From contig CM120645.1 in assembly GCA_051362555.1 (NCBI GenBank), forward strand, positions 21,762,001-21,826,000: a stretch of DNA of 64,000 bases, in the 5' to 3' direction. Source of the stretch: Lingula anatina. Lineage: Eukaryota; Animalia; Brachiopoda. Shown piece by piece: positions 49,891-63,980 of the stretch; position 1 is the first letter of the stretch, and the number at the start of each line of letters is the position of its first letter. The notes under the pieces were generated by a model. The model worked only from the letters and a program-made list of their open reading frames with translations, had not been told where the DNA came from and ran no database searches. A program made the translations under genes and the position numbers.

Positions 49891-52167
49891 CAGCTTGAAA
49901 ACAAAAGGTAAATAACACAACCCTCGTTAAAAAGTTATAGATTTACAAATAATTTGAATACACGTGTGGCTTAAATTTAAACTAATTCCCGTTTTCAAAC
50001 CATACCCTTATGATATGTAATAAAATGATAAATAATAATTGTTAAACGTGAAAAGTTTATGCTAATTTTTTAAGAGTGTGAGAGATTTTTAATTTGTCTA
50101 CTGGTAGGAATATAACGTAAGCAACGTCACTATTCTCTTGATGCGAAGAAGGTCACATGATCACTCTGTCTTTGGCTTTCAGCATTTAAGAGACCTAGAC
50201 TGATTTAACCAAGATGTAGTCGTGAAATTCTAGACTAAATCGAGGTTAAATCCGAGTTTTCCGAGAGACGCTACGCAGAAATGTCGAGTGAAGCGAGACA
50301 TTTTTGGGTAGCGGCCCGAGGTTGCCCTTGATCTTCACTGAAGCTTGGCTAAATGGACAGGCTTCAGTGATCATCATATCGCCACGGTCATATAACATCC
50401 CTAGGTATGTATTTCCTGAAAACACGGTACTTGATCTTATCCAAATTAGATACGCTTCTCCAAACTACCTGCAAATTAGAATTCTTAAAAGAGAAACAAG
50501 TTGATTCCTCTCATGGACGAAATAATGCACAACGCCTTTGCCATCCATGTCACCCTTCCTCCTCAGGTATTATTTTCCCAAAATTAAATCTGAATTATTT
50601 AAAAAGAAATTGATCAATTTAAAATATGAAGCAACGATTTCAAACCATTTCCTCCGACAACCTCCATCCTCATAAATCCTCATATTCCCAACTGCTCATG
50701 TCAGTCGAGGTAGAGTCAGCTGATTTGCTCTTTTAAAATTCTGGCCTTTCATATATGGAATACATGTAACTATAATGCAACAGATGCAACAGGGTATTAT
50801 CTCAGGGGAAAGTATTTCTGTCAAAGAGGGCAGGATGCTTTTACTTGGTTAACGCAAAATGTCCATCCACATTTTCGCCAAAATCAGAATGTTTTTAAAA
50901 ATCAGTTCAATGCATAGAGTTTGTTTAGATGTGAGAAAATAGGAGCAATTAGAAAAAAGCAAAAAAAAAAAAAAAATCACAACAGGTTGAGAAAATCATT
51001 CATTTGTATGGAAAACAATCCCTAATATAGCCAAGCAATCGCCCGGTCGCTTTTTTTTTCTCATTCCACCGAGAATGAACATAGTTTGTTTATGGAGGCA
51101 CGCTATCCGCACTTCGCAAACTCGAGCCTCGTGAAGTAATGGACAGTCATTAAAAACGTAAAAGCCCAACCGTACATGCAATTGTAGGTCTCTTCTACCA
51201 TTATCATTTACATTCCTTGTTTCGTTCTTCATTGTATATTCTCAACTGTACTTTCTTGTTACATACTTTTTGTACTCTCTGATAGCCTCGACTTTGTCGA
51301 TGATAAAAGGCATGTACGTATTACTGAAAGACAGCGGTGTCGCCTGTGACACTGTTATTGTAATGTTTATAAATGCGTAGAAATATCTAAATGCCACTCC
51401 TTAAAAAAGATGGTACATTTTACAGAACTTTCAAAGGATTGTCCAATTGTTAAGGTAATTTATAGAAATGAAAACACTGACTGTGTTGCAATTACACTGA
51501 CTAACAGTAATTTTATTATTTAGTTGCGTAAGAATACAAGAACCATTTTACTCATTTATAAGAGATTATTCCCCTGTTTGGTTTAGTTTCATGTCATAAC
51601 ACGTTAAATGTATCAAACACAAATTATATCTGTACTAGATGTAACGTGCAAGAACGGAAGTGCTACTACATGTACCTAGTACTCCTCAGGCATGCCGAAA
51701 CACCATGAAGTTGGACTGTCAAATTCAGTTTAAAAAAGACGATGCTTTCAGTACTCAGTTTTAAAGAAATAGTCTTATATGCTTTTGCTATATGACGCTG
51801 CACACTGTATCATTTTAAGTTAACAACCTAATCCTTATTATTTTCAGTATGCACACTTCAGCAATTTGTTGACAGTCCATGGAAAATAAGTCCACGTGCC
51901 CAAAATGCTCCAAGGTTCAACGGCACTTTGTTTGCTAAACCGATGGGTTCAGAGTCGTACAGTAAAAAAGCAAACATAAGGACTTATACAGGTTTGTTAA
52001 AATATACCATTTACAAAAATGGCTCGGTTTAAATTAAGATACTAGTAAATAAGTACAACGTATAATGGTGGTACGGACTGTTATAAAAGAGAACAAATTA
52101 CGAACTTCAGGAAAACATCTAATGGAGTTCTATACATTTTTGATCTGCGATTTGGTTTCCCTTCCCT

Positions 52168-54262
52168 TCAATCGAATTTCTTTATCTTCATAGTAGCCGA
52201 ACGGAGCAAATGTTCGTTGTCTCCATCATCCACGCCTGCATGTTTAAAGTGCAGATAACAATGTGCAGTACAGTTCATCGTCGCCATTTTTCCCGTGAGG
52301 GAGATATGTGTGCAATCGCTGTACCACCAACCGCCCTTGAATTCATCAGCACAATTTCTATGCATGATGTTTTCATCATTGTCAGCATCATAGGTGGAAA
52401 ATGGCATGCCAAATTGGAAAGACCAATAATTGGGACCCTGACTTATGTTTCCGAAACCTTGCTGGAATTCATTGAAAACATATTTTCCTGATTCCGGGCC
52501 TATGCGGAAACCGTGGTGGATTTCCCAGTAGTAATTATCAGTGGGCAAGCTCCTTACTTCGACCATTAAGGAGTAGTTTCCCTGGTAGGTGAGATGATGA
52601 AAGGCTTCCAGTCCCAACCAGTGGTCGCCGGCAACGTCACCAAATCCGTCACGGTAATCAGCCCAGGACCTATGTATACGGAAAGAAAGCTAACCAGAAC
52701 TACATGTCTCTCTATTTATCGCCAAAACCCCATTTGAATCCATTATAAGGACTGGTGTTATGATTACCCCATTTTGCACCTTATCTGTTTCATCGTTGCG
52801 TTTTAAGCAATAATTTGACAGCACAGGGAGCAGGATTGATAAGAATTGCCGTAATGCTTCAGATGAACTCTTACTGATCGTTTACGCGGCGATAATTAAT
52901 TACATACCCCCCCCTCGTGTAAAAGAAATGATGACATTTAAGATACACATCAAGACAAAATTGTTGCCCTTTTGATATATTTTTGCTTAAAACTTGTCAT
53001 ACCTGTTAAAGTTTAACTCGGGTCCTGTTCTACGCATCAGAACTGTCCACCCTTCCTCACATGATACCCGGAGTTGTCTATTCATAGAGTTGACATTAAT
53101 ACAGTGAACGCCATCCAACCCAACTGAAAGCATTGGGAGACCCAAAGGTATTTAAAGAAAAATAACTGGAAAATCCTCATATAACACAAACAGACAGAGA
53201 AACATGGAGAAAAAGGGAATGCACATATGATGTACAGATACAATACATTAATAAAAAGAATGGGCCATGGGTACCATGCAGGTGTATTATTTCAGCGATT
53301 TTTCTAAGTATCATATAAATCCAAGTAAACACACTATTTAAAAAAAACTCACCATAATCAGCACAGTCGTGTGGAACCTAAAACGATATGAAAAAAGACA
53401 TCAGCTAAATTTTGTAATGGTTGAAAGAATGATACAGTCAAAATAAAATTAGAAATGCATTCAAAATATAAAATGATTATAGACGGTTTGATTTTTAAAA
53501 GGATTAATAAATTGTTAAAATACTACTATTATGCAAGATTAAATTTCTTGGATTTTTCCCATAGTTATAATTTTGCAAGTACAAAAATGAGTTTTACAAA
53601 TTTCTTTCGTACTAATTATTCTCAACGTTCATGGTTAAAAGGGTCATTGAACCTTGGTGGTACGACATAATAAGACAACGTTGCCTACCTTTGTATATTA
53701 TCTACTGGCCTTATTGTCACTAAGGGTTATTTTGTTGATTACGTTCTTTATAAATGAACTGAGAAACATTTCCCCTACATTTTTAAACATTCTGTACATG
53801 TGGTGTTTGTAAACCTGACCTTTTTGAATTTATATCAAAATCTGCAACATGATTCAAATGGTATAAAAGGCCTACATTTTATTCTAAACTGGGTTTTTCC
53901 CAAATATTCAAGAACCATTCGATACCAACCTTGACATAGTGTCGACTGGCAGCGTCGTCAACAAGACCCACCTTGTTCGGGGTGAAATCAACTGCGGAAT
54001 TCAATTCACACACGGTATTCCCAGATCTTACGTTAAACGATTTGCACTCTGGGTTTGCCTTGCATTCCGCTGCGCATTCTATCCTGCTTATTCCTTTTGG
54101 TTCTTCTCTGCTTTCCAATAGAGCATTGGGTAAATATTTTCCTGGTGTGCCATAGAAAATGTCGGCTTTTGTTACACCATTTTTTGTCCCTATGTAAAGC
54201 CCAAAAACAGTCGTAATGAAAATATGCAGACAAATACATAGTGTTGCTCGCGTTTCTGACAT
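52168..54262 (-). CDS. PAN/Apple + FReD protein, copy E (326 aa, apparently intact)
   Basis: Exons 54262-53930 (IECAAECKANPECKSFN...CELNS), 53377-53353 (VPHDCADY), 53123-53003 and 52669-52168; 981 nt, in frame, canonical GT-AG. Confidence 0.88.
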
Positions 54263-55466
54263 AACTGCGTGGATACAGATCATTCTCTGAATGGCACAAA
54301 AACACCAGATATCTACAGGGATAAAAAAAAGTATGTTATTGATCAGGGAGTGGAGCTTTTGTTGCTAGGTAACTTCAAAATGTTCTATCCACGATCGAAA
54401 ATGCATGAAGTCGATCATATTTTTCCATGTCCACGTCTTTCAAATCTACTTTTTTTCCAAATTTGGACCTTAAACTTATAAAACAATATAATTCAAATCA
54501 AAAACTTATCTCTAGAGAGAAAAGCAGAATGTCCAGTATCCAAACGGATGCAGGGGGGGGGGGGGTGACCCCCTTTCGATTTCTGAAAAAAAGTCACACC
54601 GATGGTCCCCTCTAGAAATTAGAATTTTGACTACCTTAATTATAGTTCTAAACCGTACCAAATGGCACCATTTGCACTCTAAAATGCCAAAAGTTTTCTG
54701 TGCCCTTCAACGAACCCCGAACCCCTCGCAAAGGAGGGGGGCGTATTCGCATCCGCGGACCCCCCTTCAAACAATCCCGGATCCGCCCCTAAAACTGGTA
54801 GCAAAATGGCATCAAATGAACCAGCTTTGGGACGGACCTCATAATAAGCGACCAAGGTTTGCAAACGCAAGAACCAAAAGTCGTCTAGTCAGATTTGGTC
54901 ACCAGAATTGCGTCATGTCGGCAAGACAACTTGGAAATAGAATTCCTTATTAAACTGACAGATAGGCCTATCAAGAAAGTAAGTTACGGTTTCAAAGTTG
55001 CATACTTGCCACACTACACGCCAATTCCAGAGAGCGCTTTCGTTCATAAATGATTATACTAATAGACACAAATTCTACAGGGATTTAAGGATTTTGGTTG
55101 CGCTTCCGATATGTCGCCCTTTCATGTCCGCCTTTACTGCATTAATCATTCAAACGCATTCCCAACATCATGTTATAACATATTACATATAGGGGCACTG
55201 TATTGCTCGTAAATCGATAATTATTTTTATTTGGAACATAAACTGAACTCCAATACGTGTATTATTTATACATAAATTAACGGCATTTATTTCAGAAAAA
55301 TTGAGTAGAGGAAGAACAAAAAACACAAATATTGCGTTGGTCGTTAACTAAAGACTTAATAGATATCCCGTGGGGAAGTATTCAAGTGGGTCGGCCATAT
55401 TTGACACTCGGACTTGTTAGTCCACTGTTGTTAATGCAGCCTAAGTCGAAATGCGCATTTTCGCCT

Positions 55467-57018
55467 TTACAAAAAGCACAAAGACGCAGACATTAACGAC
55501 AGTGCATTGCACCATTTCGGAAAAGGAGGAGTAGTATTATTTTCCATTTCAACGCCGGTTGTAATCTGAATTGCCGTGTCAGCGTTGGCCCCAAGTAATA
55601 GTTGTCCAGCTTGGCTAGAATCCGGGATTGTGAGATACACGGGCGAGCTAGGCGGTAGAGGGGCAACAAGCCTCTTAAACAGGACCAAACAGGCTTCAGG
55701 GGTCTCTCCGTACAGAGGACTGACAGCGAACCCATCATTTGCAGGCATTATGGTGCCGTACCCAGCAATTTTCCCATCCTGCAGCAATACTTTGGTCTTG
55801 GAATCTTCGATTCCAAACCATATTTGGAGAACACGTTCCCTGGGAATGACATGGAAAGAGGTGTCGTAGTCCAAAATGGCTTTCCAATCAACCTCTGAAT
55901 AATCTTTTATTTTATATTTGGACTCAGCATCGTATGACAGTGGGATTTTTATTGTAGTAAACCGATATTTAACCAAAGAACCACGTATGGATCTTTTGAA
56001 GCCCCATTTAAAATAGACAGGCATCCCAGCTTCACCTCCAACTAAAGAGATTGTCCTGTCACCAGCAAAGGAGTCCACTTCCTTTTTGAGTGCTTTCCCT
56101 GTGAAAAAAACTTAAATTGAAGATTTGCAATGCATATTTTTAACAATTTACATCTTCCAATTTTTCATTGTTTCGTCAGAAAATAGCGATTGTTTTGTAT
56201 CGTTCGCAAAAAAATCTGTTAGACTAGAATCTCAAAGAGTCTACTCCAAACAATCGGTTCCCCGATGTAACTAGGTTTTCAATTTGAATAAAAAAGGCCG
56301 AAAGTTGTGAAACAGACCAGCATTATGAATTTGATGAACACACCTCGTCGATGCAAATGTTGAAATGTGTTAGCAGCTAGCTAGTAATCAGTTCCTTACC
56401 AATCCCCTTTCCTCTATATTCAGCTTCCACAATCAGTATACCAAGGAATGTGTACGTTTCATTGAAACCATATAGCATCACGCAGCCTGAAATAATGACG
56501 TATCACACGTAATGTCAGCTGTCAATAAGCTCGACATTTGGATTTTGACCCACTGCTGAGACAGCGTTTCAACGACTGTCTATAAACCATGTCACCCTGA
56601 TTTTAGAGGACACTGGAAAAACATCTCTCTTAGAGAGCATTCACAACAAAGTTAATCCACGGACTAAGTAGCCCGCATATCAAATATGGCTCGTTCATGA
56701 CAATGGATTCCCGCCTTCCTTATACACCGTCCCAACGGGGGCTGAGCAATTAAATCTCGGCAAGCTTTGGCGCCATATTTGATCCGCGGATTGGTTTGTT
56801 CTTAATGCGCCCTTATATGAGCATACCTCTAATGTATCCAGTGGTACCCTGAGTTTCAGAGGTACCTGGAAACTCGCCTCTCCGTTACATGTATCAGTAT
56901 TTATCAGTATGCATCTTTCTTTGCATGTACGCAGTGCCCAGTACATTTTAAAAGTCAGGGTGCCATACGCTTACTGGTGTTGTGTGAAAGATTATAGATT
57001 ATACATAAAAAAATTATT

Positions 57019-57053
<35 letters not shown>

Positions 57054-57926
57054 AATACGCGTTGAATTATTTCGACGCTGGCAAAAAAGTGTCATACGCC
57101 CTACTTTAAAAAACCACACATTTTTACATAGAACAGCTAGCACTGTGCGGAATTAGGCCAAATTGTCTTTCTGAGACCGCATTCACATACATAAATCGAC
57201 CTAACAGGATCGACCCGTCTCCGAGAGGATTCTCGCTAAATCCCGCACGAAAACGAAGTAGATACTCCAGCGCAGTAGACTACTGCAATCATACTGCAAA
57301 CATGCTTCAAATCTGCTTCGATGTGGGAGCTAATTAGCATATTTGAAACATGCTTCTATCATGCTGCTAATCTACTGCATTAATGCTCCTCCTCTGTACA
57401 ACCCTATGTAATTTTTGAAGTAGAATTGCAGTAGGCTATGCTGCATTTCTACTGCAAATATGCTCCACACCACTACTGCGTTAATGCTTCTTTGCTACTT
57501 CGATACTACTGCATTTTCGTGCGGGATTGCATTCAGATTGAGCGGCCTAAATGTCTGGCACGCCAGCTGAACCTGCTAAAACGATAGTTAATTACCCCCT
57601 AACAGCATCAATAGGCGTATCAGACATCAGAGCCCCTTGGGCTGGATGTAACTTAGCGAGAAACCCCTCGGAGATGGGTCGATCCTGTTAGATTGATCTA
57701 GGTATGGGAACGGGGCTAAGAAAACATGTAATTTGCCCTTACCTACAACTTTCCCGTCAACTTCAGCTACCCACCAGCTGTCTTTGGCAATTTCCATATA
57801 CGCCTTGATCAGCTGAAGACTAAAAGGTACCCATCCCGCTTCTTGGACGATCCTCCAAACGTCACCCGCATCTTCCAGTTTTGCATGGCGAACACTGAAC
57901 CAACCTTTGTCGACCCTGTCCGCCAT
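55467..57926 (-). CDS. GNAT N-acetyltransferase with C-terminal YitH/Acetyltransf_18-like domain (holothin acyltransferase/F36G3.2-like), copy 1, 300 aa
   Basis: Exons 57926-57743, 56486-56400 (FLGILIVEAEYRGKGIG, acetyl-CoA motif A) and 56098-55467 (YFKWGF...ILDYDTSFHVIPRER...GYGTI...VSPLYGE); 903 nt. Confidence 0.85.
57180..57715. mobile_element. Palindromic MITE carrying a nested CCC...GGG MITE (57242-57525, AT TSD)
   Basis: Outer arms aacaggatcgaccc.tctccgag.gg.ttctcgctaa and its reverse complement. Inner TIR cccgcacgaaaa / ttttcgtgcggg flanked by AT. Confidence 0.75.
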
Positions 57927-58859
57927 GTTAATGTGAGAGATCCATCTATATCGCTTATCAAATCGGTGACCTACATATAGGCCTATCAGTTCACGTGTAC
58001 ATGAATATTTGTCTCTTTTTCACTACTTTTCGAAGCCAATGATAGTTCTTGCTTTTCATATCTCAGATATTTTCAACCACCAAGATAAAAAGTAAATTAT
58101 GCTAAATCTTTCGAGTGTCTCCCATCAGATAGCCATTTAGGGTTAACCTGTGGGTCAATTTTAGCAGGTCACAAGTGTTTAAGCTTACATCCAGGACGCA
58201 ATATACATGTGCACTAAGGCTGTGTGATTAAAATAGCCACATAATGTTATACAAACACCGACCGTATTTATACAAGACTGTTTGACGCGAAGGATGCCAA
58301 GGTAAAATATTTTTTCCGAGGCTGCTAAAAAGGCCAGTCAAATTCTCACAAATTGGAGGGTATATATGCACTTTATTTCTTATTTGCGTATGCGTTGTAT
58401 TTCAATCTGATAAAAAATAAACTAATATTTTTGATTCAAAACAAAAAAGATGTATAACAATACCTCTTATGTAATTGAAAATTGGTAGCTTACTTGCCGG
58501 TATCTTGAGCTATGCAAGGCTATTTTTCTGGGAATTTAATGCATTAGATTGGGGCAAGAGATTTAAGATTTTCTGTAAGGTGCAGTCTTTAATGGAATGC
58601 GGCATGGAATGATTCATTGCCATTACATTATCACTGACACGTTACATATACAATTACAGTAGTGCGTATAAGGATAGAAAGTAGTGAGTGACCATTTTTG
58701 TTTTTAAACCTTACAATTGAAATACTAAAAAGTATATCCTTTCAATTAAATTGTAATATTAAAATATTTTCCCATGTGGATAAAAATCTAGTCGGTGTTA
58801 TACCTGTAAAAATCACAAGGAACCGAACTCTCCAACATGTGACAACGGAGACCACATTG

Positions 58860-60141
58860 TTACAAAAAGCAAAAGGACACAGATATTAAAGACATTGCAT
58901 TGGACCACTTAGGAAGAGGTGGAGAATCTCCGGTCTCCAACGCATGCCCATACATTGTTTGCTTGGTCGTGTCAGCGTTGGCCTCAAGTAGTATTTGACC
59001 AGCTTGGCTAGAGTCCGGGATTGTGAGATACGCGGGCGACGTAGGCGGTAGAGGGGCAACGAGTCTTTTTAAGAGGACCAAACAGGCTTCAGCAGTCTCT
59101 CCATACAGAGGACTGACAGCGAACCCATCATTCGCAGGCATTATGGTGCCGTAACCGGCAATTTCTCCATCTTTCAGCAAAACTTTGGTCTGGGCATCTT
59201 CAATTCCAAACCAAGTTTTGAGAACACGTTCTCTTGGAATGGCATGGAAAGAGGTGTCGTAGTCCAATATGGCTTTCCAATCAACCTCCGAATAATCTTT
59301 AATTTCATATTTGGACTCTGCGGCTTCAGCGAGGGGAATTCTTTTGATAGTGACCATGTATTTGCCAACACCACCACGCAAAGACTTTTTATAGCCCCAT
59401 TTTAGATACATTGGGATCACCGCTTCACTTCCGATAAGACTGATCGTTCTTCCGGCGGCCAATCTGTCTGCTTCTGCGTTTAATGCTCTAGCTGTAAAAA
59501 AAAAGTTATTTATTTTACTCCGAACCGATACAGCAAGCCAGTGTGTGTGACTTAAGAGTACATACATTTACACATAAAAAATGTTTGGCATTCTCCAAAA
59601 GTAATTCAAACTACCTTTTAGTTTTTCTAATTCATATGTTATATGTCTGTTTATTGTCTATGCCCACCCAGAAAAAGCTGGTGGTCGTGTGTCCCATGGT
59701 ATAGAGCCGAGCACCTGCAGTGCCAGTGTGACAGGAATGGTCGTCTACTAGGAAGTGCAGTCCGTTTCCCATTTCTTTCAGTGCAGTTGACATTTTCTCC
59801 ATTTACTGACCCCATCAGTCATACTTGCAGCCAACCCCAATTTGTAATAAGAGTACAGCACCCCCGTCTTCCATCAACCATTCATGTCACACCGGCGGCT
59901 TCATGACACCTTGCTTTTTCAATTTTTAACTTAATCCACTTTATTTTTATTATTTTATTTTATTTTATTGATTGATTGTAGAAAGGCATTTTCTATGTGT
60001 CGGCAGCCAGTGGCTTAACTTACCAATCCCCTTGCCTCTGTGTTTTGATTTCACTATCAAAATACCAAGGAAAGTATTTGTTTCGTTGAAACTATACAAC
60101 ATGACACAACCTGAAATATCAAAATACCATGGTTAGGAATA

Positions 60142-60204
<63 letters not shown>

Positions 60205-60784
60205 AAGAGTGCTCCCATATAATAACATATACCGATAAGTGGTCATAAATTTCTACTAAACAATACATGTCATTTTCTCCTGCTTTCTTCATATAATTCC
60301 AAAACGGAAACAGGGGCGAGTCACTTCACCATAAAATCAAATTTACTACACACTTGATACCTTTGTTCTTTACTGGTCAATGCCCAATGTCGGTGTTACT
60401 GTGATAAGTCAGCTAAAAACTGTTCGCAAAAAAATGTGTAGTGCTTATCGATTTTCTAAAAAATGCATCCATATACAAATCATGTGTGGTGAGAGGTTAT
60501 CATTTTCAAGTAAATTTTTATTTTAGCAACGTAGGACAATGACTGTACTGCCAAAATGTATGGTGAAATATCATGACGATTCAAAGTAACCTGTTCTTAC
60601 CAATAATTTCGCCGTCAATTTCAGCAACCCACCACCCATCTTTGGCGATTTCAATATACGCCTTGATCAGCTGCAGACTGTAAGGTCTCCATCCTTCCTC
60701 TCTGACAATTCCCCAGATGTCGTCTGCATCACACATGCTTGCTTTGCGAACACGGAACCCATTTCTGTCAACCACGGCCGCCAT
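58860..60784 (-). CDS. GNAT + YitH-like acetyltransferase, copy 2, 300 aa
   Basis: Exons 60784-60601, 60110-60024 (HRGKGIA) and 59491-58860; the exon sizes (184/87/632) match copy 1. Confidence 0.87.
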
Positions 60785-60945
60785 TTTACCCACTAATGAG
60801 GCCTTAAAGTCCCCTTTCGATGACCCTATCTACCTTTATCATAGCAGTCAACCTCTCTCTACTTAGTGATGAATTTAAACCGTTTTCATTCAATCATGTC
60901 TCTACAATATTATGCTAATGAGTGAACTTTGATAATTATGACTGA

Positions 60946-60992
<47 letters not shown>

Positions 60993-62158
60993 AAACAGTC
61001 GCTTTGCTTATGAAACCTAGAAAGATGCACAGAAAAGGTACAGTGGAACATTAAGTAGGTCAGAGGATTACACCCTATATATACAACATACGTAACTCAC
61101 GATAAGCATAGCCATATGAAATAGCGTGTTATATAAGGCAAAGGCGATGGCCATGCTTATCGTTATGCAAACCCTTTCAGGCCAGTTTTACTATCTGCCT
61201 TGCTTATACTGTACATGCATAGCCTACTTTTTTCGCATGTATGCAGGTGAGTTCGTGGGACCCCCCTTTTAACCCCAAAAAGGTCTACTTTGAATCAAAG
61301 TACTTAAGTTTTCATGACATTTCTGAACTAGGATCAGTTTCTCTGTCCGAAATCCACCCCCTTCAGTCTTGCACATAACTACAGCGAATGCTTTTCGCTC
61401 TAGATAATGAGTTTTTCCAGTGATTCCATTATTTGGATCTCTGTACATTTGGGGAAACTAGCGTGCCAACCTGTAAAATCATGCGTTAGTGCGCCAAGTC
61501 ATATGACCCTGTGGTCACTCTTAGTTGGGTGAACAGTAATCAGTCACGTGGTTTTAGGTGTGTGTGGTGTAGAAATCTCGAGAGAATTTAGTAGACAAGT
61601 AGCAAGCATGCCGGTCCGTCACCTGTGTTTGGAACCGTAGATAGCATATAATGTGAGTAATTGTAAAATGTTTTTTTTACTTTAACGCATATGCTGTAGT
61701 TTGTTTCTGTTAGTTTCTGTGAGTTTATTATTTATCGCATACTTACGTAATTTTTTTCATTTTTTTAGATTTGTACAAAAGCCCAACGTACACAAAGAAC
61801 AAACGTGCCACGGTGTCCATTGTGCTAACGAAAATGTTACAAATTGTGCTATTTATACGTCAAAAAAAGGATTGAGTCATTTTATGCTTAACGTCGTCTA
61901 CAATAACATGTTATCTCTCATTAGCCACCTAGGCCTAAAGTTTCTATTTTATGTTCACCCCAGGACACCAACAAAGCCAATAAGTTGCATCTGAAAGCAT
62001 AAATGGGACGTTTTTAGATGCTCATGTACCTGACGGTACTTTGATCAAGTATGCTCTTTTTCGTGAGCTGTTAGGAGTGCGTTCCATGTGAGGTTATTTT
62101 ACTGGAAATGCATTTGACTGGGACCAGAGATTAGGGTACGGTATACGTGACTGCCCAT

Positions 62159-62193
<35 letters not shown>

Positions 62194-62692
62194 CCGGAAT
62201 ATACAAAGAATGAAATATGAAATATAATAAGAAGGGAAAGAGACTTCCAGATTAAGTAAATTTGCGCATTCCAGATTTGTAACTCTCACCTGCTTATAGT
62301 AAAGCCTACAGAAACATGAGTAGCTGTATTCAGTGCTCAGCTTCTTTATTGCAACGTATCATGGTTGTCAGTTGGGCTTATGTGCTGGTTCAACAATTAT
62401 AGAGATCTCTGTGAACTTACGGCGCTGAATTTAGTCTATTTGCAATTATAAGCTTCTATCCAATGTTTTCTTTTGGGTAACGACCAATTTTTTAACTGAG
62501 TCGTCACCGAATAAAAATAAAAGAGAGTCTGCTCTCCATTAGATTCATACAGGATAAGGTTACCATGACGTAAGTGGGTCAAAATCTAGTACGTCGGTGA
62601 TATAGCTTTACAAATCACTGAGAACCGAACTGCGCACCACAGCTGACTCTCAGTGTCTCCAACATGTACACATGACAACGGAGGCCATAGTG

Positions 62693-63877
62693 TTACAAAA
62701 AGCAAAAGGACACAGATATTAAAGACATTGCATTGGACCACTTAGGAAGAGGTGGAGAATTTCCGGTCTCCAGCACATACCCATACACCGTTTGCTTGGC
62801 CGTGTTAACATTGGCTGCAAGTAGTGTTTGACCAGCTTGGCTAGAGTCCGGGATTGTGAGATACACGGGCGACGCAGGCGGTAGAGGGGCAACAAGCCTC
62901 TTTAACAGGACCAAACAGGCTTCGGGAGTATCTCCATACAGAGGACTGACGGCGAATCCATCATTTGCAGGCATTATGGTGCCGTAACCGGCAATTTTTC
63001 CGTCTAGCAGCAAAACTTTGGTCTGGGAATGTTCGATTCTAAACCATATTCTGAGAACACGTTCCCTGGGAATGACATGGAAAGTGGTGTCGTAGTCCAA
63101 TATGGCTTTCCAATCAACCTCCGAATAATCTTTTATTTCATATTTGAACTCTGCGGCTTCAGCCACTGGAATGTTCTTGATAGTGACCACGTACTTGCCC
63201 ACACCACTGCGCATAGACTTTTTGTAGCCCCATTTGAGATACATTGGTGTTATCGCTTCATTTGCCACCAAAACGATCGCTCTGTCGGCGGCCAATGTGT
63301 CTGCTTCCGCCTTTAATGCTCTAGCTGTGAAAAAAATTAATTACTTCATATAACGTTTGACTCGATGTGGTTTGCCTGGGGTTATGAATTGTATATAAGA
63401 ACATTCATTTATACAGGGTACATGCAAACAGTCAAATTATTTAACATTCTTCAAAAGTAATTCAAACTGTCTTTTGATCTTTCTAATACACATGGTATGT
63501 GTTTATTGTCTTTGTCCACGGAGATAACTGAGTCTCCTTTGGTTTAGAGACGGGTTACAGGATTGGCAGTCCGCCAGGAAGCGTAGTGAGTTTACCATTT
63601 TCTTGAGCCAGTACAGTTGACATTTTCTCCATTTACTGACCCCTATACTTCCGACCAACCCCAAACTGCACCAAGAGTATGGTACGCCGGACTTCCACTC
63701 TACGACTACCATTCCTGTCTCAACGGAGGCTCTTTTTTTACATTTTAAAGCATTTTTACGTGTGTGTTAGCAGCCAACAGCTTAACTTACCAATCCCCTT
63801 GCCTCTGTGTTCTGGTTTCACTATCAGATAGCCAAGGAAAGTGTGGGTTTCATTGAAGATATACACCATGACACAGC
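62693..63877 (-). CDS. GNAT + YitH-like acetyltransferase, copy 3 (exons 2-3; exon 1 lies beyond the window)
   Basis: Exons 63877-63791 (87 nt) and 63324-62693 (632 nt); highly similar to copy 2, including intron sequence. Confidence 0.85.
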
Positions 63878-63903
63878 CTAAAACATCAAAACAGTATCGT
63901 TAT

Positions 63904-63980
<77 letters not shown>

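Noticed and set aside
61240-61800. Plus-strand splice-like signals between GNAT copies 2 and 3 (possible antisense lncRNA)
   Set aside because: These are isolated donor and acceptor matches without a coherent exon chain, so they cannot be supported without transcripts.
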